Source: a virus (Duplodnaviria; Caudoviricetes). Taken from it: a stretch of 33,869 nucleotides of DNA. This document shows, in pieces, positions 6,777-14,226 of this stretch. Position 1 is the first letter of the stretch; every line of letters begins with the position of its first letter. The position numbers were made by a program, and so were the translations under genes. The notes under the pieces were generated by a model. The model was not told where the DNA came from, did not search any database, and worked only from the letters and a program-made list of their open reading frames with translations. The DNA is taken from positions 1 through 33,869 of IMG/VR virus record IMGVR_UViG_3300020042_008599. The stretch is one strand, 5' to 3'.

Positions 6777-9020
6777 ATGCCCGGTGTAGCCCTAAAAATC
6801 CAGCGGTTCTTCGGCGAGGCGCCGAAGCTCAGCTCCGAGCTGCTGCCGGACACGGTTGCGCAGTTTGCGTACAACCTCGACCTGTATTCTGGGGACTTGA
6901 TACCCTACCGTCGACCCGAGCTCATCACCGATCTTGACAAGACGGGCACCGTCAAGACCATCTACCCAATGACGGACCCCGGTACCGGAGACACCAAGTG
7001 GCTGCACTGGGTCACGGACGTTGACGTGGCCGCTTCGCAAGCAGAGGGTGACACTGACCAGCGAATTTACTACACAGGTGATGGCGCACCGAAGGCCACC
7101 ACCTACACACTGGCCACGAGCGCAACTCAGTTCCCCAGTGCGAGCTACATTCTGGGGTTACCGCTGCCAACCGCGAAGCCTGTCGCCGTTGCACAGGCTT
7201 TCACACAGAAGTCGTCCACCAAGCGCGCACGTGATGCGGGTAACACCGTCACAATCACCACCAGCGTCGCGCACGGGTTGACTACGGGGGACTTTGTCAC
7301 CACCACCAGTTTTGGCGGCACTGCGTACAACCTCTCCAACGTGCGTGTCACCGTCATCGACGCTACCAAATTCAGTTATTTCTCGTTTGGCAACGCCGAA
7401 GCGGAGACAACCGACACCGCAGGCCGTGTAGACCTTGCAGGCGTTACGCAGCCTCGCACGTATGTGTTCACTTACTACACCGCGTGGGAAGAGGAGTCCA
7501 TCCCCTCAGAGCCGTCGGACACATTGTTCCTCAAAGAAGGCCAAGCGGTCGTGCTGACCAACATCCCGAGCCTGTGGACACACGGCCCCGGGTACCAAGA
7601 AACCGGCATGAAGATACGGGTGTACCGGACCGTCGCTGGCGTCAGTGGCTCGTTCTACTACCGCACTGCTGAACTGGACATGGCTTCGCCGATCACGGCA
7701 ACGTACGCCCGCTCCGGCGCCACGGTCACTGTGACCAAGGTTGGCCACGGGTTCACAACGGGCGCGATCGTCACGTTCCGGGCCACCACTGGCACGGCGA
7801 CTGCGGGCGTCTACACCATCACAGTCGTCAACGCGGACACGTTTACGTTTACCGATGAGAACACCGGCACGACCTCGGGCAACTGCCAGTACGCCGCGGC
7901 GCTGACCTACACGGACGACAACGACGTCACTGAGCTCGACGACATCTTGACCTCCGAGGACAACGACCCGCCAGACCCGGACATGAAGGGTTTGCTGGCC
8001 ATCCACAATGGCATGGTGGTCGGCTTCATCGACAAGACGATCTGTTTTTGCGAGCCGAACAAGCCGCACGCTTGGCCAATCAAATACCGCCGGCAGGTGG
8101 ATTCGCCGATTGTTGGCTTGGGCGCCTACGGCACCACGCTGCTGGCTTTGACGGATCGCACGCCTTGGAAGCTCGACGGCAACAACCCCACGGCCATGTC
8201 GCTCACGCGCACCGATTACATCTTGCCGTGTGTGTCCAAACGCTCCATCATCAACATCGGTTTCGGTGTGGTGTGGTCGTCTGCCGGCGGCTTGGCTGTG
8301 TACTCTACGTCGATCGGCACGGATTACCTGACAAAGAACGTGCACAGCTGGACCACGTGGTCTCGTGCTGTTGACCCCTCACTGGTGTACGGCGCGTACT
8401 ACCGCGGCCGGTACTTTGGCTCCGACGGCACGAACACGTTCTTGTTTGAGCGCAACGAGCAGGTTGGCGGGCATTTGGTGCAGTCTGACGTCAAGTTCAC
8501 TGCTGCGCACTACGACGCCAAGACCGACAAGTTTTTCTACGCCCATGATGGGCAGGTGTGGCTCTGGAACTCGCCCAACATCGGCAACGCTGTGCTGGAC
8601 TGGAAGTCCAAGACGTTCACGACCAAGCAGCCCATCAACATGGGCGCAGCCCGGGTCATTGCTGACTATTTGGGTGATGATGACGAGGCGGCGCTCATTA
8701 CAGAGAACAACGCCATTCGCGCAGCCAACCAAGCGCTCATCAACGCGGACGACCCAGCCGGGTCACTGGGTACGGCCATGGCCAACCAGCACCAAGTGGC
8801 GGGTAGCAATCTTAGCGACTTCCGCGAGAGCTACCGCACGGTCACGTTCCAGTTTTTCGTCGACAAAAAGCTCATCTACACGGCGGTCCGTGAGAATGAC
8901 AACGCGTTCCGTTTGCCCGCCGGGTACCGCTCGGATACGTTTGAGGTACGGCTCGCCACCAACGTGCGGGTGCGCGCTGTGCACATGGCCGAGTCCATGG
9001 CCGGATTGAGAGGCGCCTGA
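6777..9020 (+). CDS. Tail nozzle / tail tubular-like virion protein, paralog B (747 aa)
   Basis: GAGG RBS. WLHWVTDVDV, QRIYYTGDG, TYVFTY...EESIPSEPS, RVYRT, ICFCEP.KP.AWP, PCVSKR and FRLPAG are colinear with 1713..3728. Confidence 0.7.
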   Translation: MPGVALKIQRFFGEAPKLSSELLPDTVAQFAYNLDLYSGDLIPYRRPELITDLDKTGTVKTIYPMTDPGTGDTKWLHWVTDVDVAASQAEGDTDQRIYYTGDGAPKATTYTLATSATQFPSASYILGLPLPTAKPVAVAQAFTQKSSTKRARDAGNTVTITTSVAHGLTTGDFVTTTSFGGTAYNLSNVRVTVIDATKFSYFSFGNAEAETTDTAGRVDLAGVTQPRTYVFTYYTAWEEESIPSEPSDTLFLKEGQAVVLTNIPSLWTHGPGYQETGMKIRVYRTVAGVSGSFYYRTAELDMASPITATYARSGATVTVTKVGHGFTTGAIVTFRATTGTATAGVYTITVVNADTFTFTDENTGTTSGNCQYAAALTYTDDNDVTELDDILTSEDNDPPDPDMKGLLAIHNGMVVGFIDKTICFCEPNKPHAWPIKYRRQVDSPIVGLGAYGTTLLALTDRTPWKLDGNNPTAMSLTRTDYILPCVSKRSIINIGFGVVWSSAGGLAVYSTSIGTDYLTKNVHSWTTWSRAVDPSLVYGAYYRGRYFGSDGTNTFLFERNEQVGGHLVQSDVKFTAAHYDAKTDKFFYAHDGQVWLWNSPNIGNAVLDWKSKTFTTKQPINMGAARVIADYLGDDDEAALITENNAIRAANQALINADDPAGSLGTAMANQHQVAGSNLSDFRESYRTVTFQFFVDKKLIYTAVRENDNAFRLPAGYRSDTFEVRLATNVRVRAVHMAESMAGLRGA

Positions 9021-9367
9021 TGCCTCAGTATCAGGGTTTACCCGCTATCCCTCCAGAGCAGATTCCGCAGTGGCAGTACGACATTTTGGCTGCCATGAAG
9101 GAAAACCTTGAGATCATGATGGGCCAGCGTGGCCCCGGCCGCACGGTTACGAACGACGCCATTGGTGTCGAGCCTGCGGACCGGCAGGGTATGAAACAGC
9201 TTTCTGCGCGCGGCGATTTTTATGAACTGACCACAACCGGTGGCGTTATTTATTTCCCGACGCGCGACGATTATGTAAAATTGCTCAACGATACGCAGCA
9301 GTTGGCAATCGACGTTGCAAACATCCAGAGCGCGCTCAACGCACTTTTAGAGAACCTGAGGTCCTAA
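9020..9367 (+). CDS. Tail needle/plug-like protein, paralog B (115 aa)
   Basis: TGATG coupling. KENLEIMMGQRG resembles (from memory) the ENMEIGTGQRG N-terminus of the gene following the nozzle in Stx phages. C-terminal coiled coil. Confidence 0.6.
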   Translation: MPQYQGLPAIPPEQIPQWQYDILAAMKENLEIMMGQRGPGRTVTNDAIGVEPADRQGMKQLSARGDFYELTTTGGVIYFPTRDDYVKLLNDTQQLAIDVANIQSALNALLENLRS

Positions 9368-9368
9368 C

Positions 9369-11063
9369 ATGGCAAGCCTACTCGAACAAACCACAGTACC
9401 GACTCGCGGTGTGGGCCTCACATCTGGGGTCGACTATTTCGGCGACGTAGGCCGGCGCCAGCAGGTTTCTCTCCCGGAGCCGCAACGGCAGCCCCAACAA
9501 CAGCCGCAAGCTCCTCTGCGCCCACCACAGAACATCACGCCCGCAGCTCCGAGCTTACAGGCCGCTGACACGCGCGCCATAAACGCAGGGTTCCAAGAGC
9601 CAGCGCCTGAGCCCGGCTTTTCTGGTGGGTACGACTTCACCGGCAACCAAAACGTCAGCCCGAACCCCAGTCTACGCGACGCGATTGGCACGATGGGGAT
9701 GGCTGGTAGCGCGGCAGCAGCCACTGGTATCTTGGCGAGAGACCGCGATCTATACGAATTTGGTAGCACGCTCGGACGAGGCGCCAACGTCGTCAGCGCT
9801 GTGACGGACCCAAGCGCCAGAACCTTGGCGCCTTTTGCCTTGAGTGAGTTGGGTGCGTCAGCACCAGTGACCGGCGCTGTTATGGGTGGCCTCAGTGACA
9901 GAACGAACCCTGCACGCGGCGCCGTTGTAGGGGGGCTTACCTCAGCAGTTTACGCGGCCAACCCCGCTTTGGCCGCAGTCGACATACTAGGGCAGTTCGG
10001 GCAGGCGGCGTTTGGTGTCCCTGCTAACGAACGAGTTTCAGTTGCAAATCTGGGGCGTGACGCATACAACTACGTCGGTAGTAACCTGAGCGCGGGCTCT
10101 ACGTACGGCCTCACGCCATTTAGCGAAGAAGGCCGGCAGATGGCTGAGATCGACCGTGGCTACAACACACCCAACATGGCTGGGCCGGGCACCAACATAG
10201 GGCAGAGCTGGGAAGGTCTACCTGCGGATATGCGAGATACGCCAGTAGGCGCACCGGCTGGTGGGTACAACTCATGGGCCCAAGATGATTCGATCGACGC
10301 TCGCGGCGGCAATGGGGGCGGTATGGCGGACAACTATGGTAGCGACTCATATGGTGGTGAAGCGTATGGCAGCAACCCGGCTGGCACGTACGCAGACGGC
10401 GGCATGGTCGGTGAGATGCCCGGCCTGACCAAGCGCTACAACAACGGTGGCATGGTTTCTGGCCAACCGCTTCTGTCCATCGGTTATGCCGACGGCGGCA
10501 CCATCGGTATGGGTTCCAAGCCAACCCCGGCCATCGTGAACAAGCGAGTTGACGCCATGCTGCGTGACCCACAGGCACGTCAGGCGATGCTGGCCCGACC
10601 ACAACAGCTCATGGCCTCCGGCGAGTTGACCCCCGACGAAGTCACGACCATGGCCCGTGTGGCCGAGGCGGCTATGTACAACCCCGAGCTGTACCCACAG
10701 TTGCGCCAGTTTGTGGCCCAGCAAGGCATGACACCACTGCCCGCTACATTTGACCAGTCGGTCATTATGCGCATCATGGCCATCGCTCGCGCGCTGCAGG
10801 CCGAAACACCTGCTGGCCAAGTGCCCGGCACAGATCAAGCGCAAATGCAGCGCCCCGTCCCCGGTGACGGCAACGGCGGTTATTTGCAGGGGCCCGGCAC
10901 TGGCCGCTCCGATTCTATTGGCACCGTGAACGAAACCACAGGCGAGCCTGTTAAAGTAGCGAACGGCGAGTACGTCATCCCAGCGCACGTCGTTCGTGCC
11001 AAGGGCCGCGAATTTTTCGACAACCTGTTGCGCCGGTACTCTGACGTGCCGAAGGGAGAATAA
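9369..11063 (+). CDS. Candidate internal virion / ejection protein (564 aa)
   Basis: GAGG RBS. Low-complexity Q/P/G/A sequence with hydrophobic Gly/Ala helices and three YxxGGx[VI] repeats. C-terminal GPGTGRSDSI...NGEYVIPA..V...G..FF motif. Follows the tail genes. Confidence 0.6.
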   Translation: MASLLEQTTVPTRGVGLTSGVDYFGDVGRRQQVSLPEPQRQPQQQPQAPLRPPQNITPAAPSLQAADTRAINAGFQEPAPEPGFSGGYDFTGNQNVSPNPSLRDAIGTMGMAGSAAAATGILARDRDLYEFGSTLGRGANVVSAVTDPSARTLAPFALSELGASAPVTGAVMGGLSDRTNPARGAVVGGLTSAVYAANPALAAVDILGQFGQAAFGVPANERVSVANLGRDAYNYVGSNLSAGSTYGLTPFSEEGRQMAEIDRGYNTPNMAGPGTNIGQSWEGLPADMRDTPVGAPAGGYNSWAQDDSIDARGGNGGGMADNYGSDSYGGEAYGSNPAGTYADGGMVGEMPGLTKRYNNGGMVSGQPLLSIGYADGGTIGMGSKPTPAIVNKRVDAMLRDPQARQAMLARPQQLMASGELTPDEVTTMARVAEAAMYNPELYPQLRQFVAQQGMTPLPATFDQSVIMRIMAIARALQAETPAGQVPGTDQAQMQRPVPGDGNGGYLQGPGTGRSDSIGTVNETTGEPVKVANGEYVIPAHVVRAKGREFFDNLLRRYSDVPKGE

Positions 11064-11065
11064 GC

Positions 11066-12361
11066 ATGGACCAGTGGGAAATTGAATGGCAGACGCTGCA
11101 GAACCAGCAGAGTAACAACACACCGAACTTTCCAGAGTACGATTTCGACTACGGCGGCGGGACCAGCGAAAGCTACAACGCGCCATCCTACAACGCGCCA
11201 TCCTACGACTACGCTTACGACATACCGTCGTACCGAGAGCCAACCTACGACTACGGCTTACCGTCGTATCGAGACGCGTCATACAACACCGCTACGCTGC
11301 AGACCAACGCGCCTTGGTGGCAAGCGCCAACGTCGGTTAATAGTATGGGTATGGGCCCCGAACAAAGCTTCGGCGGCTACTCCGCCACAATGCAAGCCGG
11401 GTCCGGCCCGACAAACATTGGCGCAACGACTTTTGCTGGGCCAAACACCACGATCACTACTGCGCCCTCGTCGAACGCTGCTGGTGGGTTGGGCGTCGAC
11501 CCTCGCAAGTACCAGCTTGGCAACAACAGCCCAGCGCTGCTTGAAAGCGCGAGCACCACGGGTGCCAACCGTCAGCTGTCCAACATGGCGTTTGACCAGT
11601 CGCAAGAGAACGAGAGTAGCCGTGGCGTTCGGGACTGGGTCCGTGATCCTGAGAACCGTGACACGGTTCGCCTCGGCATCCAAGGTCTTGGCGCGTTGGC
11701 TGGCCTAAAGGCACAACGCGACGCCGGCAAGATAGCCAAAGAGCAGATGGGACTGCAAGCGCAGAACATGGCCGCGCAGCGGGCAGCCTACGAGCGCGAG
11801 ATGGCCTTGCGCGAAGAAGCGATGGCTTCGCAGCGTCAGGCACTGGGGCAAAACCAGCAGATGGCACAACGCGCCAACCAAGAATCCGTCCGCTCGTTTG
11901 ATGAGGCGCGCAGCCTGTACAACCCACAAGAGCTGGGCATCCGCGGCATGGCGCAGCAACGTGGCACAACTCAACGCAGCGTCGAAGATACCCGCAGAAC
12001 GCTGGCCAGCCGCGGCTTGAGCGCAGCCGCGATTGAAGCGGAAGTCCGCCGTCAGCGCCTCGCCGGTGCAACCAACGAAACCACGGCGTACATGCGTGGT
12101 CTGGACACGGGTCGTTCCGCACAGGCTGGCGCGCTGTCCAGCGCCAAGGCGCTCGGGTCCACCATGCCCGGGCTGAGCTACAGCCAAGGGCCAAACGCTC
12201 CTACGTTCACACCGAACTACAGCGGCGCGGACTTCTACGCCAAGCAAGGCGCGGATAACTCCAAGGCGCTGCGCGACCTTCTGGAGTCGTACGCAGACTA
12301 CCCAACTCTGCGTGCGCAAGAAGAAGCGCGCCGTGACATGCAACGGAGGAGCAACACATGA
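11066..12361 (+). CDS. Candidate internal virion / DNA-transfer protein (431 aa)
   Basis: GGGAG RBS. Acidic Tyr-rich N-terminal repeats, an LGIQGLGALAGL hydrophobic helix, then a Gln/Ala/Arg coiled coil. This is a typical pilot/ejection architecture. Confidence 0.55.
   Translation: MDQWEIEWQTLQNQQSNNTPNFPEYDFDYGGGTSESYNAPSYNAPSYDYAYDIPSYREPTYDYGLPSYRDASYNTATLQTNAPWWQAPTSVNSMGMGPEQSFGGYSATMQAGSGPTNIGATTFAGPNTTITTAPSSNAAGGLGVDPRKYQLGNNSPALLESASTTGANRQLSNMAFDQSQENESSRGVRDWVRDPENRDTVRLGIQGLGALAGLKAQRDAGKIAKEQMGLQAQNMAAQRAAYEREMALREEAMASQRQALGQNQQMAQRANQESVRSFDEARSLYNPQELGIRGMAQQRGTTQRSVEDTRRTLASRGLSAAAIEAEVRRQRLAGATNETTAYMRGLDTGRSAQAGALSSAKALGSTMPGLSYSQGPNAPTFTPNYSGADFYAKQGADNSKALRDLLESYADYPTLRAQEEARRDMQRRSNT
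11173..11206 (+). repeat. 15-bp tandem repeat (CTACAACGCGCCATC x2 + partial) encoding SYNAP repeats
   Basis: Read directly: units 11173-11187 and 11188-11202, then partial CTAC. Confidence 0.9.
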
Positions 12362-14184
12362 GCTTAAACGCAATTCTCGCCGGGATGGGCAGCCCCATTG
12401 AGGACGCTGCGCGCCAAGCGCGATCGTTCTCCGACCTGCAGACCCTGAGCGACAAACAAGTGGCATCGGAACGAGCCCGCATCCAGTACATGCGTAACGA
12501 GGAAGCTCGCCGTCGCCAGATGGAAGCTGTTGCCGGCCCTGAGGACTTGGCTGGTGGCACCCCGGGGCAGATGATTAATATGTCCACCGCGCCAGCGGCT
12601 GCTGCGCCTACGTTTGCCGGTACACCCGTACCTGACATCCAGAGAGCGCAGTACATCGCTCGCAACGTGACACCGGCCGTGGCGCCGAATCAAAGCAATG
12701 CTGAGTCTGCTCGGTTGTCGCGCTATGCGCCACCCGCTCCTCGCCCCGGTGACCCTATCGTCGGCAGTGACTGGCAGCCCGGCACTGGGCAATTTGTTGC
12801 TTTGCGTGGCCCCGCTGGTGAGAAACAACGCTTAGACTACCTGCGCGGTCTGAACCCTGCGGCTGCAACCGGCGGCAACGAGTCCATGGCCGAGGCCAAC
12901 CGCATCAACGCCAACCGAGTGCCGGCAGCTGCGCCTACCGCCGCACCTCGCGCCGTCGACGCACAGTCGGCTATTAGCCGCGTGCTTGGCCGAGAAGGTG
13001 GGTTCGTGAACGACCCCGCCGATCGTGGTGGCGCCACCAACTTCGGCATCTCTAGCAAGTCGTACCCCAACATTGATGTGTCCAAGCTGACGAAAGAGCA
13101 GGCTGCTGGCATCTACAAGCGCGACTACTGGGACGCAATCAACGCCGATACGCTCCCAGAGGGTGTTCGCGAGATGGCGTTCGACGCCGCGGTCAACCAA
13201 GGTGTTCCGTGGACGAAGCAGGCTTTGGCCGCGTCTGGCGGCGACCCTGCGAAGTTTCTCCAAATGCGCCGCGACCGGTACCAATCCATCGTGGCCGCAG
13301 ACCCGTCGCAGGGTAGGTTTTTGCAAGGGTGGATGAACCGCCTGAACGAGTTTGGCCAAGCCCCTCAAACCGCCGCTGCACCCGTGCAAACCCCGCAGAC
13401 CGCTGCTGCACCAACGGCTGGCATGCCCACACAAGCTGCTGCACCAACGGCTGGCATCCCGACACAAGCTGCTGCTCCTGCGCAAGCACCTGCCGCACCA
13501 GACACGGCCTTCTCGCCTGAGCAGGTCACCCGCATTGCTACCGCGGCACAGCAAGACCTGCGCATCAAGCAACTGCAACTGGCAGAGATTAACCGACAGC
13601 TGTCATACGCTCCTGATCTCGCAACTGCTACTAGCTTGCGCAACCAAGCCAACGAGATTCGCTTTGGTGCGTACCAAGCCCAGCTTGTCAACGCCACGGC
13701 CCAAGCTGTGGGCGGCGACGAGCAAGCCATGGCGCAGCTGGCCAACGCAGCCCGTGTGCAGTACGCGCAGACCAATCAAGGCTTCGTGGCCGTGGCCATG
13801 GGCCAAGACGGCCAGTACCGTGCGACGACCCCGCCCATGTCCCGCGAACGGTTCATCAACACGCTGTACTCTGAAGCTACTGGCGCAGCCCAGAAGGCGC
13901 GTGCCGAACAAGCCGCCGCCGCAGCCAAGGCCTCAGGGGACATCGCGGTCAAGCAACAAGAGGGCGTCAACGCCATCGCGAAAGTCCGTGCCGAAGCCGA
14001 AGCTGCTAAGCAGAAGTTCATCTTGGAGTACGGGCTCACGCAGAACGACGTCAGCGCCATTGAGTTTGACCCGATCCGAGGGACGCCGTATATGCGCACC
14101 AAGGGTGGCGTATTTGCGTTACAGCCCTCGCAAGCTATCAACGGCATGCAAACGAAAGCGAAGTGGGTACCTATACCATCGTGA
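12358..14184 (+). CDS. Internal virion protein with glycoside hydrolase 108 (lysozyme-like) domain (608 aa)
   Basis: GGAGG RBS. Central EGGFVNDPADRGGATNFGI...IYKRDYW...FDAAVNQG...F..GW.NR (about 12970-13345) is the GH108 signature, flanked by Ala/Pro linkers. Confidence 0.85.
   Translation: MSLNAILAGMGSPIEDAARQARSFSDLQTLSDKQVASERARIQYMRNEEARRRQMEAVAGPEDLAGGTPGQMINMSTAPAAAAPTFAGTPVPDIQRAQYIARNVTPAVAPNQSNAESARLSRYAPPAPRPGDPIVGSDWQPGTGQFVALRGPAGEKQRLDYLRGLNPAAATGGNESMAEANRINANRVPAAAPTAAPRAVDAQSAISRVLGREGGFVNDPADRGGATNFGISSKSYPNIDVSKLTKEQAAGIYKRDYWDAINADTLPEGVREMAFDAAVNQGVPWTKQALAASGGDPAKFLQMRRDRYQSIVAADPSQGRFLQGWMNRLNEFGQAPQTAAAPVQTPQTAAAPTAGMPTQAAAPTAGIPTQAAAPAQAPAAPDTAFSPEQVTRIATAAQQDLRIKQLQLAEINRQLSYAPDLATATSLRNQANEIRFGAYQAQLVNATAQAVGGDEQAMAQLANAARVQYAQTNQGFVAVAMGQDGQYRATTPPMSRERFINTLYSEATGAAQKARAEQAAAAAKASGDIAVKQQEGVNAIAKVRAEAEAAKQKFILEYGLTQNDVSAIEFDPIRGTPYMRTKGGVFALQPSQAINGMQTKAKWVPIPS
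13402..13475 (+). repeat. 33-bp imperfect tandem repeat encoding AAAPTAG[MI]PTQ linker
   Basis: Units 13402-13434 and 13435-13467 plus partial GCTGCTGC, preceded by related QTAAAP units. Confidence 0.9.
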
Positions 14185-14194
14185 TGACACGCGG

Positions 14195-14221
14195 TAGAAT
14201 GGCCCCACGTAACACTGGGGC
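14195..14221 (+). promoter_or_regulatory. TAGAAT (-10-like) followed by hairpin GCCCCA-N8-TGGGGC covering the SD region of the 2238-aa gene
   Basis: TAGAAT at 14195-14200. Stem 14202-14207 / 14216-14221. ATG at 14227. No convincing -35. Confidence 0.4.
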
Positions 14222-14226
14222 TGTTT

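Noticed and set aside
1713-9367. Invertible or recombinational switch between the two nozzle modules
   Set aside because: Both are in the same orientation with their own starts. I saw no invertase, flanking inverted repeats or long nucleotide identity.
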